Of a DNA stretch of 64,000 bases, positions 10,017-19,471 are shown piece by piece. The stretch lies in IMG/VR virus record IMGVR_UViG_3300030098_005409. One strand, given 5' to 3'. The position numbers and the translations under genes are program-made. The notes under the pieces are model-generated. The model searched no databases. It was not told where the DNA came from and saw only the letters and a program-made list of their open reading frames with translations. Within the stretch, counting starts at the first letter, position 1, and each line of letters starts with the position of its first letter. This stretch comes from a virus.

Positions 10017-10800
10017 TTAAAAACCTAAACTTACCGAATTTAGATTCGCGAGGAGATAAAACAATTTTGTTTGGGTCGGGCTTAAAAGAATTATCAAACT
10101 CATAAATTGTTTGCCAATCCCCATATTTTAATGTCATTTCATGATCATAGAATTGATGTCTGTTAAATTTGTGGATTAAGACTGATAATACAGATTGATC
10201 TTGCCTGTGTTCCACACAGGGGCCATTGGGCCCATCTGGGTATCTTATGGTAGTGTCCGGTAGCGCTATACTAGGATTAAGCATATATTCATACATCTCT
10301 GTAACGAAGTCGATATTGTCGACTGTTTTTTTATACACTTGAAATCCTGCCCAGTATTGAGGCATAATTCCAGCCCCAGGGACATTCATCACTTTCAAAC
10401 ACTCTCTAGTTGTCCATCGTTCGTTAAGAAGGTTGGGGTGATTATAACACATGAACAGCGATTCATCAGTAAGATCCTGCTCTAAAGTATCAGTGGGATT
10501 CACGAAGCAGTTAGCAGAATCAGAGTAAATTATTTCTGATGAGTGGTTCATCAAACAATCGTTTATGGCGTATACCTTGTAGAAAAATACTCTTGGCTCT
10601 AGTGCGTGATCACAAACAGGCTCAACTTCTATGAGCCGAACCTGTCCAGGGAAAAGTTTTTCAAAAATAGTCAGATCGGATAAATCGGTGTTAAAATAAT
10701 AAAGATAGACCTTTTTATCAAAAGAGTTAAGTTTATAGCTTTGGATAAGATTGAGCGCCTGCGGTATGAAAGGCTTACTTATGACCGTACACAGATCCAT
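10003..10800 (-). CDS. Putative glycosyltransferase-like protein
   Basis: 'IIYSDSAN', 'EHRQDQSVLS' motif seen in GT-like proteins. Confidence 0.5.
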   Translation of the reverse strand: MDLCTVISKPFIPQALNLIQSYKLNSFDKKVYLYYFNTDLSDLTIFEKLFPGQVRLIEVEPVCDHALEPRVFFYKVYAINDCLMNHSSEIIYSDSANCFVNPTDTLEQDLTDESLFMCYNHPNLLNERWTTRECLKVMNVPGAGIMPQYWAGFQVYKKTVDNIDFVTEMYEYMLNPSIALPDTTIRYPDGPNGPCVEHRQDQSVLSVLIHKFNRHQFYDHEMTLKYGDWQTIYEFDNSFKPDPNKIVLSPRESKFGKFRFLSADK

Positions 10801-10806
10801 GAATTA

Positions 10807-12786
10807 TCAGCTGCTCGATTCTTGTTCTTGATACACGGCCAGATAGGTTTGGAATATCTCCCTTTCTTGCTTCTTTTTCCACGAGTTGTGTTCTACATTT
10901 GTAGAGACACCTTTAGGATTGAAATAATAAACTCCTAAAGTTTCAGGGTGCTTCTTGAATACGACACCTTCAAATGCACATCTCAGCCACATATCCCAGT
11001 CTGCAGCGCTGCGATATTTTTGATTAAAGTAGCCATACTTACTGTGCAGATCTTTCTTCCACATTGGGTTATTGTGTGGCAAATTACCTCTTAACATCGC
11101 TTCTTTAGAAAATTGTTCAAAATTATATTTCTGACTTGTGCTTTTATCTATATCTTCCCATTGCATATTGGGTTCATGAGTAATGTACGAATCATTATAC
11201 ACTAAGTCGACCCCGGGGCTAGAGAACAGAAGTTTTGCCTGTTTTTCTAGAGCGTCTGGGGCTCGACGGTCATCACAGTTAACATTAGTTACGTACTCCC
11301 CAGCCGACATCTTGATCGCCATATTCCAAGTTTCATAAAGGCCCGGGTCTTCTTCAAGCCTCTTGTATACAATATTGTTTGGATAACGCTCTACATACTT
11401 AAGAATAATTTCCTCTTCATCATCACCGGGTTCGTTTGCGTTCAAAATTATCCATTCGCACTTATCTTCAAACACAGTTTGTCTTGTAGTATCCTCAAGC
11501 AATTGTTCTATGTATTCGGATGCCTTATAGACAGAGGTTATTAAAGATATTTTTGGCAGATCCTCTGTATTAACGGCAACTATTTTTTCTCCATATACTA
11601 ACTCAGAAAACTGATGATACATATCTTTGTTTGTAAATTTGTTTAATATATGATCCTGTAAGACTCTTGCTTCCTTGCGGTAGTGAGTTTCTTTAGTCAG
11701 GACGTCTTTTAGGGCGTTCTTATACGACTTTTCTTTTGCAAAAGCCCACATAGAATCTTTTTGTATGACCCCATCCCACACGGCGCTGGGCTGTACTGTC
11801 TTAATATCGTAATCAACTTTCACGACGCGGGGGTAGTTTTTGCCCTTCTTGTTTGGCTTACAAATAAAATCCATCTGTCCGGACCAAGTTGTCGTAATTA
11901 ATGGCAATCCATGGTAGGCAGCTTCAAAAAGCGGGAGGCCATAACCTTCGCCGTGGCCAATATTAATCATTGCCTTCATTGTCGGATGTTTGTAGAGCCA
12001 CGCCAAGTTCCCAGGAGACACTTCACCATGAATTAGATATACAGAGCACTTACGATCCTTATAGGGGGCTAGAAGCGCCTCTAAGCGCGCCTGTGTATAC
12101 TCGCGGTCCATAACTGAATCAGACGCCGTGTTGGTTTTAACAACCAAGCCAACATTTTCCTCATCAATAAACGCCTCAACAAACCACTTAATAGTGTTAT
12201 CTAAATTCTTTCGCGGACCCCACTGGGCAACTGTAAGAAAATTTTTGCTGGTTTTGAAATCAACCTTCACCTCTTCGGATTCATGGAATCTAACAGGATA
12301 ATTAACCGTCGTGACGGGAACTTGTAGTCCCCAATTTTTATGTTCATTGCCACTATCATCTTTTATGTCATACTTTGTTTGTTCAAAGACTTTTTTTGAG
12401 TGATTTGAGACAACAATTATTTTATCAACCGTCTCGTTAGACTTAGCAATCCATTGTGGAGAGACCTTGGTTGTTTCAATTCCGGCCGTATACCCGATAT
12501 TCACGGGTGCAATTTTTTCAAACTCGTTTGGCACTGTGATCTGTAGTGAAACATCAAACTGACCTCCTTGTTGGATGTATTTTTGCGTCTTGAGTGTCGC
12601 TTCATGAATAAAGTTAGTTTCTTCATCATCGTTTGTAATTTGGCCTGTTCGACCCCACGGAATATTGATGATATATATATCAAAAAGATCCGGACGTGAT
12701 CGCAAAGATCTAAGAGCAAAACGAGATTGCTCTCCATAGCCCGATCGGGAAAGAACTGGACCTTTTATTAAAACTTTTTTTAACAT
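10807..12786 (-). CDS. Fused GT4 + GT2 glycosyltransferase
   Basis: GT4 'GEGYGLPLFEA' (Ex7E); C-terminal GT2 'SLITSVYKAS...NVNCDD...DWDMWLR'. Confidence 0.85.
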   Translation of the reverse strand: MLKKVLIKGPVLSRSGYGEQSRFALRSLRSRPDLFDIYIINIPWGRTGQITNDDEETNFIHEATLKTQKYIQQGGQFDVSLQITVPNEFEKIAPVNIGYTAGIETTKVSPQWIAKSNETVDKIIVVSNHSKKVFEQTKYDIKDDSGNEHKNWGLQVPVTTVNYPVRFHESEEVKVDFKTSKNFLTVAQWGPRKNLDNTIKWFVEAFIDEENVGLVVKTNTASDSVMDREYTQARLEALLAPYKDRKCSVYLIHGEVSPGNLAWLYKHPTMKAMINIGHGEGYGLPLFEAAYHGLPLITTTWSGQMDFICKPNKKGKNYPRVVKVDYDIKTVQPSAVWDGVIQKDSMWAFAKEKSYKNALKDVLTKETHYRKEARVLQDHILNKFTNKDMYHQFSELVYGEKIVAVNTEDLPKISLITSVYKASEYIEQLLEDTTRQTVFEDKCEWIILNANEPGDDEEEIILKYVERYPNNIVYKRLEEDPGLYETWNMAIKMSAGEYVTNVNCDDRRAPDALEKQAKLLFSSPGVDLVYNDSYITHEPNMQWEDIDKSTSQKYNFEQFSKEAMLRGNLPHNNPMWKKDLHSKYGYFNQKYRSAADWDMWLRCAFEGVVFKKHPETLGVYYFNPKGVSTNVEHNSWKKKQEREIFQTYLAVYQEQESSS

Positions 12787-14036
12787 TAAAACACCTTTAC
12801 TTCGTATGCATCATAGCCCTTGCGGGTTTCCCAAGAGCCTTTTTCTTCGTATATTGAGGTGAACAAATCATCCCATGTTTGAATAAACTTATCAAATCCA
12901 AATAAATCTTCTGACCATGCGCGGCCGGCGAGGCCAAGTTCTCGTCTGGCTTCAGGAGTCATTTCATAGAGTTCCACTAAAGCATTCACAAAGTCTTCTT
13001 TAGATAAACGATCTTCATAAATATATGGTACTTGTTGAGATCCGATTATTGCTTTTGATACCGGTTGTAGTCCAATCCCAAAGAACTTCTCACCATCAGT
13101 AACTTGATCCTGAAGGCCCCCAGTCATGTTAACTAGTATCGGTGTTCCACAGGATAAAGATTCCAATGTAGAAAGCCCAAATCCCTCGGCATCAGAAATA
13201 CACACAGTGAGATCTGCCATATTGTACATAGCAGCTAAATCTCCTGGTCCAACCTTATCTCGTGAAAATAAGACCTCTCCATTTGTCAGCCCTAATTCAT
13301 GAATTATAGCTTCCAAGTCTTGACCGTGCTGATCGTTGACATCGGTATGCATAATAAGACACGCTTTATCGTGTCCAACCTTATCTAAGAATTCCTTAAA
13401 CCACCAGATTAAGGTCCCTGATTGTTTCCGGCGCGCATTTCTGCTATTCCAAAAACAAACAAATTTATCATCTAAATTTTTAGAAGTTCTCCAGTTTTTT
13501 ACTTCTTGAGCAGCTGCCGGCTTGAATATATCCCCATCAACAGCGTGTGGGATGTAAGAGGAATCCACTTCCGGCGCCACGGTCGCGACTATATCATGCG
13601 TTACTTTTGAAATACAAGCAACGTGGTCGTTTGAAAGATAATACTTACGATTAAATTTCGGGTATGGGTAATTATCCCAAACGTGATAGTAGACCATTGG
13701 CACATGTGTTCTAACTTCGTTCTCAATCGCCCATAGCCACTCGTAAAACCTAGGGTCGGTCATAAACCACAAAATATCTGGCTTTTGCTGGTGAATCATC
13801 GCGCGAACCATATCATGGTTGCCATAGCCATCGACTGGCCATATAACCCAATCATCGCCCCACTGCTCAGTTCTCTGAGGGTTATGATTTGGATGTTTAA
13901 TCGCGCCTCCGAAGGAAACAAACTGGTACTTGCCAGTCTTAAGCATCCCTTCGATAATGTATTTTGTTTGAGTTCCCACACCACTTGGAGACAGTGGGTG
14001 ATCACTGATTGTGAATATCTTAATCTTATCTGACAT
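12786..14036 (-). CDS. GT4-family glycosyltransferase
   Basis: 'AEGFGLSTLESLSCGTP'. Confidence 0.9.
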   Translation of the reverse strand: MSDKIKIFTISDHPLSPSGVGTQTKYIIEGMLKTGKYQFVSFGGAIKHPNHNPQRTEQWGDDWVIWPVDGYGNHDMVRAMIHQQKPDILWFMTDPRFYEWLWAIENEVRTHVPMVYYHVWDNYPYPKFNRKYYLSNDHVACISKVTHDIVATVAPEVDSSYIPHAVDGDIFKPAAAQEVKNWRTSKNLDDKFVCFWNSRNARRKQSGTLIWWFKEFLDKVGHDKACLIMHTDVNDQHGQDLEAIIHELGLTNGEVLFSRDKVGPGDLAAMYNMADLTVCISDAEGFGLSTLESLSCGTPILVNMTGGLQDQVTDGEKFFGIGLQPVSKAIIGSQQVPYIYEDRLSKEDFVNALVELYEMTPEARRELGLAGRAWSEDLFGFDKFIQTWDDLFTSIYEEKGSWETRKGYDAYEVKVF

Positions 14037-14044
14037 TTAAGTTC

Positions 14045-14827
14045 CTATCTGCAGTGTTCAGTGTTGCGCAACGAACAAGGATACGGCTTTAAACAATGAA
14101 GTCGATTTTTAATTGAAAAGCCTTTTTGAATATTGTATATTGCTTGGTATAAAACTTTAAGGGCGTTCTCGGTTTTTTTGGCGCCACTTGTTACTCTAAA
14201 TATCTCGACTCTATTCTTTTTAGCCGTTCTTTTTAACAAAGCAAAGTGTGTCTCTACATCCTTAGGGTCTAGATTATGCTTCTGGCAAAAGAAATGCTTA
14301 TACAGGGTCAGTTGATAGGTAACCATCTTTTCAGCCTTCTTGCGGGAATCCCAGCCCCAGGAACAAGTCTTCCAATCAAAAAGATGGTACTTTTCTCCTA
14401 CTTTAACGACAGCGTCGACAAAACCTTTAAAGTGATACCCAAAGTTCTCTATCTCTTCGTACAGAAGCTCCTCGGAGGAATAAACGTCGTAGTCTCCAAA
14501 ATAGCTTTCAAGCGCGCCCTCAACTTCGGACAAAACCTCAGGGCCGGCCGTTCGCATTTGTTCAACATTCTTTTGATTTACTTCGATATTTTTTTCCGCA
14601 AGTTTTTCTAGTTCCTGATCAAAGCCGATCTGGAATATCTTTGCCTCGTCAATAACCTCGCGGAGAAGCTTCTTCTCGCACACATCGTGAACGGCAGTTC
14701 CGAATGCGGTGTATTCATTACCCTCAAATGAGGCAACCTTTTCAATCCAACTTTTTTTGTGGTAATGCGGGCAGTGGACCCAATCTTTTAGTTCGGAGTA
14801 TGATATATGTTTCTTAGTGGTCATCAT
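14045..14827 (-). CDS. PD-(D/E)XK nuclease, Cas4/RecB-like
   Basis: 'GTAVH', 'GFVDAV...DWKT', 'QLTLY'; one N-terminal and three C-terminal Cys. Confidence 0.8.
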   Translation of the reverse strand: MMTTKKHISYSELKDWVHCPHYHKKSWIEKVASFEGNEYTAFGTAVHDVCEKKLLREVIDEAKIFQIGFDQELEKLAEKNIEVNQKNVEQMRTAGPEVLSEVEGALESYFGDYDVYSSEELLYEEIENFGYHFKGFVDAVVKVGEKYHLFDWKTCSWGWDSRKKAEKMVTYQLTLYKHFFCQKHNLDPKDVETHFALLKRTAKKNRVEIFRVTSGAKKTENALKVLYQAIYNIQKGFSIKNRLHCLKPYPCSLRNTEHCR

Positions 14828-15443
14828 TCAGAGCATCTACTACTTTCTGGTACAGTACCGGACTAATTCTTTTAACATACTCTGGGCTTTCTGTAAAGTA
14901 CTTTTCAAAGCCATTAGCAAAATATTCTTCGATAGAGGTGGCGCCATACGGTGAGCAAAACAGACCCATCGTTATTGCCTGAAGCGTAGGATAACCAACC
15001 ACGTTGGCTAGAAAGTCATCAAACGCCTTATTATATTCCAGCATCTCATAACGAATACGGGGCATCTGATCGAAACCCTCGGCATTTAACAAGAAATACA
15101 ACTTTCTTCTTTTGCCCAAAAACTCAGTCAGCATCCTATCATCGTAGATAGCATGCGGATTTCCGACTTCAACAGCGTGAGCCACTTCGTGCACAAAGTT
15201 TTCAATCATATCCTCGTTTGTAGGCTCGTCTAGCTTCATGTAAATGGCGCCGTGGTTGTAAGCAGCGTTACGACCATCAAGAGCCGGATTTTCTGAGATG
15301 TAACAAACATCAACATTTTGTAACACAGACTTTGGCAACATCCGCTCTATCTGATAGCAAAATAAAGGAATGTCTACGGCCGGTTCTGTTTCACCGTAGA
15401 CAAACACCGGAATACTGTGGATGTAATACTCTCTGCTATACAT
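14814..15443 (-). CDS. Zincin-like metallopeptidase
   Basis: 'FVHEVAHA' and downstream 'EEYFA'; start moved to ATG 15443. Confidence 0.7.
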   Translation of the reverse strand: MYSREYYIHSIPVFVYGETEPAVDIPLFCYQIERMLPKSVLQNVDVCYISENPALDGRNAAYNHGAIYMKLDEPTNEDMIENFVHEVAHAVEVGNPHAIYDDRMLTEFLGKRRKLYFLLNAEGFDQMPRIRYEMLEYNKAFDDFLANVVGYPTLQAITMGLFCSPYGATSIEEYFANGFEKYFTESPEYVKRISPVLYQKVVDALNDDH

Positions 15444-15672
15444 TTTGCTTTTCCATCGTTTCAACGTCGGCTAGTGCCTGTTCGTATCCACGAAGAAAAT
15501 TCTCTTCTGCAACTGCTAGCAGAAATTCTGGGAATTCGGCTGCAAAGACCTCAACTGCCATATCAACAGTTACATCTTCAGACCGAGCTAACCTCTCGCC
15601 AATATAATTAACGACCAGTTCTTTGAGTCCCGTCTCAGAACTCACAGTTTCATTTAAATCTATATTTTCCAT
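15436..15672 (-). CDS. Hypothetical protein
   Basis: Compact ORF coupled to its neighbours; start at MENIDL. Confidence 0.6.
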   Translation of the reverse strand: MENIDLNETVSSETGLKELVVNYIGERLARSEDVTVDMAVEVFAAEFPEFLLAVAEENFLRGYEQALADVETMEKQNV

Positions 15673-15679
15673 TTTAACC

Positions 15680-16999
15680 TCACAAATTTTGTGCGGCGAA
15701 TGTAGCAACTCTTGAACGCTCGCCCTTTAGAAGAGTTACGTGAGCAGCCAACTCAAAGTCTTTAAATTTCTCAACAGCATGAGTCAAGCCGTTCGTAGTA
15801 GCATCTATGTAAACGTTATCAATCTGTTCTACATCGCCCGTCAGCACAATCTTGGTTCCTTCACCAACTCTTGTTATTATAGTCTTTAATTCGTGAGTTG
15901 TCAAGTTTTGTGCCTCATCAATGATAATAAAAGCCTTTCCAATAGAACGACCGCGGATATAAGTGATCGCTTCAATCTCAATCGTGCCCTTCTCCAAGTA
16001 CATGTCAAGCGTAACCTTGTCATTGCCCATTAGAGTCTGAAGATTATCCTGAATCGGCATCAACCAGGGAGACATTTTTTCTTCCATCGTACCCGGTAAG
16101 AAGCCAATGTCCTTTCCTAGCGGCTGTACGGGTCTAGAAACGATTACACGGGTGTAGGTGGATGTTCTCTCGTCTAAGGTCTGTTCAAGGGCCGCAGCGA
16201 TCGCACAGAGCGTCTTACCGCTACCTGCTTTACCAATGGCTGTGATAACCTCAATGTCTGGGTCCATAAGGGCGTCTATCAAAAACGACTGCTCTTTGTT
16301 TCTCGGCTTGATGCCCCACACGCCCCTCTTTTCTTTTCGCAGCTGCCGTACGGGCGTATGTTCATTGATAAATCTTCCCAACGCAGTCTTTTTTTCATTT
16401 GCATTAGAAATAAGCATTACATACTCATTTGTTTTAAGATTAGTGTCTTCGAGATAAACGTCTTTTTTATCATAAAACTGATCTATTATTCCATCATCTA
16501 CTAAAACCTCTGAAAACCCAGTGTATATACTATCGCTATCATCGACAATCTGTTGATTTTGGAAATCCTCACACGGCAGCCCAATAGCATCTGCGGTAAC
16601 TCGCATGTTAATGTCGCGAGAAACAAGAATAACTTTTCTTTCAGATTCTCTTGCGACTGCTCTCGCAGTCGCGATAATAAGATGATCAGGGATCTTAATA
16701 TCTAAATCTTGTGGCAGATCATCTCTGTCTATATCTGCGGCAGATACTGATTTAACAATCCCCAGTCCTTGGCGAATGCGGACACCTTTTTTAAGGTTAC
16801 CCTTAGAGCGAAGTTCGTCCCAAATGCGTATAATCTTCCGCGCCTGGACTCCTACAAGGTCCTGACGCTTCTTGTGTTTGTCAATTTCCTCAAATACTTT
16901 TAAAGGGACATATACATCATTGTTTTTAAAAGCGTATATTGCGTCTGCGTTCGTTAAATAAACACTAGTATCTAACACATAAATCTTCTTACGGCTCAT
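15680..16999 (-). CDS. phoH: PhoH-family protein with N-terminal PIN domain
   Basis: PIN 'YVLDTSV...EEID...DHLI...SRDIN'; Walker A 'GKAGSGKT'; 'RGRS', 'IIDEAQN', 'GDVEQID'. Confidence 0.95.
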   Translation of the reverse strand: MSRKKIYVLDTSVYLTNADAIYAFKNNDVYVPLKVFEEIDKHKKRQDLVGVQARKIIRIWDELRSKGNLKKGVRIRQGLGIVKSVSAADIDRDDLPQDLDIKIPDHLIIATARAVARESERKVILVSRDINMRVTADAIGLPCEDFQNQQIVDDSDSIYTGFSEVLVDDGIIDQFYDKKDVYLEDTNLKTNEYVMLISNANEKKTALGRFINEHTPVRQLRKEKRGVWGIKPRNKEQSFLIDALMDPDIEVITAIGKAGSGKTLCAIAAALEQTLDERTSTYTRVIVSRPVQPLGKDIGFLPGTMEEKMSPWLMPIQDNLQTLMGNDKVTLDMYLEKGTIEIEAITYIRGRSIGKAFIIIDEAQNLTTHELKTIITRVGEGTKIVLTGDVEQIDNVYIDATTNGLTHAVEKFKDFELAAHVTLLKGERSRVATFAAQNL

Positions 17000-17033
17000 T
17001 ACAACCCTATTCTAAACTAAATAGACACCTCTT

Positions 17034-17531
17034 TTAATAGTTTCCAACTTTTGCTATATCGCCGGATGCTAAAACCTCGACTTTTGATGGCTTTAGATCA
17101 TCCTCGGACAAAGGTGGTGGCTCCATCCCTGCATCTGATACGAGTGTTGAGGAGCTTTGAATCTTACCGCCGCCTACACCCCAAAGCATCTCAATACCTA
17201 ACTCTTCGCATACATTCATCTCTGGTGTGTTGTTCGTCTTCCGATCGCCGCCGTTAGCAAAATAATCTGGTTTAATCCTCCGGAGAGCCTCACACACGGT
17301 ACCATCCCTATCATCAACGTTGGTTGTTTCTCCGGTTCCAGTGAAGCCTTCCAGAATTTCACATCGCTCATCAAATGGCATAAAAATATAGCCTTTCTTT
17401 CGCATCAGCCAATCATCCGAGTTAACAACAACCACTACGTGACCATATCGAGATGCCTCCTGAATCATCCTTAGGTGTCCAATATGAACCGGATCAAAAC
17501 CTCCGGACACACAAATAGTTTTCTTACTCAT
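17034..17531 (-). CDS. Cytidylyltransferase-like (HIGH) nucleotidyltransferase, RfaE-II/TagD type
   Basis: 'GGFDPVHIGH', 'NGGDR', 'SSST'; start moved to MSKKTICV. Confidence 0.85.
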   Translation of the reverse strand: MSKKTICVSGGFDPVHIGHLRMIQEASRYGHVVVVVNSDDWLMRKKGYIFMPFDERCEILEGFTGTGETTNVDDRDGTVCEALRRIKPDYFANGGDRKTNNTPEMNVCEELGIEMLWGVGGGKIQSSSTLVSDAGMEPPPLSEDDLKPSKVEVLASGDIAKVGNY

Positions 17532-17763
17532 CTTCATCTGTCTCCGTCCGTGAAAGGAAGTTTCTTTCAATAGCACCGATTGCTTCTTCGGCATATGCCA
17601 GATTTCCAATTGCTGTGGCTATTTCATTTACAACACTTGGGTGCTTAGCAACTCCGATAGGGTTGTTCAAATATAACTCAATAACCGCGATTGCCTCTTG
17701 TCTATCTGCTTCAAAGCGAGCAAGGGTTGCTCGCACTAATTGTTCAGCCATCATATTACTCAT
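17524..17763 (-). CDS. Hypothetical protein
   Basis: GGAG SD upstream of ATG 17763. The ORF-track extension lies inside tRNA-Pro and was discarded. Confidence 0.7.
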   Translation of the reverse strand: MSNMMAEQLVRATLARFEADRQEAIAVIELYLNNPIGVAKHPSVVNEIATAIGNLAYAEEAIGAIERNFLSRTETDEDE

Positions 17764-17782
17764 TTTTTCTCCTATTATAAAA

Positions 17783-17860
17783 TGGTCGGGGCGGTAGGAT
17801 TCGAACCTACGACCCCCTGCTCCCAAAGCAGGTGCGCTAACCAGACTGCGCTACGCCCCG
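17783..17860 (-). tRNA. tRNA-Pro(UGG)
   Basis: CGGGGCG acceptor, anticodon loop TTTGGGA, GGTTCGAATCC, encoded CCA. Confidence 0.95.
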
Positions 17861-18292
17861 AATAATCTCCCATGTTTGATCTGGCAATAACTCAACCTCA
17901 GCCAAGAACTTGCCGGGATCTATTTTAATCCATTGATTGTCAGCTATTAAGGATAAAAAGTAAGTACCATCTTTTCTTTCATATAGAAAGTACTTATTTC
18001 CTATTACCGGCTGGATATTGAAATCTGCTTCGTAAATAATTTTAGACACATCCACTCGTTCTTTTACTTCTTTTACTTGTTCCATAATTAATTCAGCTTG
18101 CTTTCTTAGTTTATCTATTTCTTTTTCAGCATACCTCTCGGCTGCTGAGATGGCACGTCCCTTGATTGAGGACATGTCATTTGGTCTAATCGCGGGCGCT
18201 GCGGTATTCGTTCCATATGGCTTAATATTAGCATCAAATTCTTCTGTTTCATAGTTGTATACAACGTTGTCAGGAAATTTTTCTTTTGACAT
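17837..18292 (-). CDS. Conserved hypothetical protein (DUF2452-like); stop codon lies inside tRNA-Pro
   Basis: 'PVIGNKYFLYE...FLSLI...W'; ends IRGVAQSG*, encoded by tRNA nt 1-24. Confidence 0.7.
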   Translation of the reverse strand: MSKEKFPDNVVYNYETEEFDANIKPYGTNTAAPAIRPNDMSSIKGRAISAAERYAEKEIDKLRKQAELIMEQVKEVKERVDVSKIIYEADFNIQPVIGNKYFLYERKDGTYFLSLIADNQWIKIDPGKFLAEVELLPDQTWEIIRGVAQSG

Positions 18293-18296
18293 TCTC

Positions 18297-18704
18297 TTAC
18301 CATCGATGGTCTTTACCAGACCAGTCCTTAAACTCTTCTTTGCCTCCTCTTACACTCCAATCGGAATCTATTGTTAGTTTTGATGATAGTCCGCCTCTGG
18401 GATTGAAGTCCATTTCTATTCGAAGCCTGTTAGGGTCATAAACACTAATCAAGTCGTCATATACAACATTTATTAATCTTTCGTATGAAAGAAGTCGGTT
18501 TCGAAAATCTTGAAAATATTTTTTCAAAGACTTTAATTCAATAATGGTGTCTTTTGGATAAAAGACAATCCAGGCGGTTGCAAAATCGGGCTGATCTTTA
18601 ACTCCAATAAACGTAATTTCTGGATTTTTAATATTAATCTCATATCCATCCCCTGACGGATTTGGTAGAGTTTTTAGAATTGTTTTATCACTCCACTGTC
18701 TCAT
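18297..18704 (-). CDS. queF: QueF (type II, T-fold) homologue lacking the catalytic Cys
   Basis: 'LPNP', 'PEITF', 'QPDFA', 'IELKSLKKY', 'FRN', 'PRGG'. Confidence 0.8.
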   Translation of the reverse strand: MRQWSDKTILKTLPNPSGDGYEINIKNPEITFIGVKDQPDFATAWIVFYPKDTIIELKSLKKYFQDFRNRLLSYERLINVVYDDLISVYDPNRLRIEMDFNPRGGLSSKLTIDSDWSVRGGKEEFKDWSGKDHRW

Positions 18705-18729
18705 ACTACTAATGCCTCAATATATCTCA

Positions 18730-18805
18730 TGGTGGAGATGACAGGATTCGAACCTGCGACCTGATGCGTGCAAGGCAACTGCTCTCCCAACTGAGCTACA
18801 TCCCC
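18730..18805 (-). tRNA. tRNA-Ala(UGC)
   Basis: Cloverleaf, G3:U70, anticodon TGC, CCA. Confidence 0.95.
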
Positions 18806-18810
18806 ATATA

Positions 18811-18886
<76 letters not shown>

Positions 18887-18899
18887 AAACTATTTGTAT

Positions 18900-18928
18900 A
18901 TTATACAAGATTCACCTTCATAATTCAA
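18900..18928 (-). promoter_or_regulatory. sigma70-like promoter for the tRNA-Thr/Ala unit
   Basis: TTGAAT-17-TATAAT, 13 nt upstream of tRNA-Thr. Confidence 0.6.
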
Positions 18929-18958
18929 TACTATTTTGATAAATAAGTTCTAAGATAT

Positions 18959-19228
18959 CTACTCTGGATCATAAAGATCTTCGTCTTCATATTCGAAGTG
19001 CTCTGGCTCTTCCGTGTAAAGAACAATTGTGTAGAGTCCATTCCAATCAGTTGGAATTAATCTTCTTAAGATTCTTGAATCTTCTCGGGTGTCGGCATGA
19101 ACATACAAAGCCATACCGAGAGTGCTTTGACTGACATCATAAATACCTCTGTCGCCAAATTGAGTAATGGCTTTGAGAATTAGTTCTCGCTTTTCTGCTT
19201 TTGAGAAACGACTCTTTTTACTAGACAC
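18959..19228 (-). CDS. Hypothetical protein
   Basis: ORF track; coupled with its neighbour. Confidence 0.6.
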   Translation of the reverse strand: MSSKKSRFSKAEKRELILKAITQFGDRGIYDVSQSTLGMALYVHADTREDSRILRRLIPTDWNGLYTIVLYTEEPEHFEYEDEDLYDPE

Positions 19229-19416
19229 TAGTTTTTCTTTCTTCTAGTCTTTTTGTGAAGCTTTTCAAATAAAAGCTTTTTCCAAAGTGTTCCCTCTATT
19301 TCTTCTTCAGACATATTCAAAGAATACAAGCCAGCAAGAATCAAACGAATTTCACGATTTGATAGATATACTGTTTTTAAGAACGCTGGAATCTTTTTAT
19401 TGTTCTGGTCTGCCAT
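19228..19416 (-). CDS. Hypothetical protein
   Basis: ORF track; ACTATTTA motif upstream. Confidence 0.6.
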   Translation of the reverse strand: MADQNNKKIPAFLKTVYLSNREIRLILAGLYSLNMSEEEIEGTLWKKLLFEKLHKKTRRKKN

Positions 19417-19471
19417 ATGTGTTTTCTCTGTTTGTTTCTAGTGTAAATAGTTCCTGCAATGGCAAAAACTA

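Noticed and set aside
17764-17826. N-terminal extension of ORF 17524-17826
   Set aside because: Lies within tRNA-Pro; the SD supports ATG 17763
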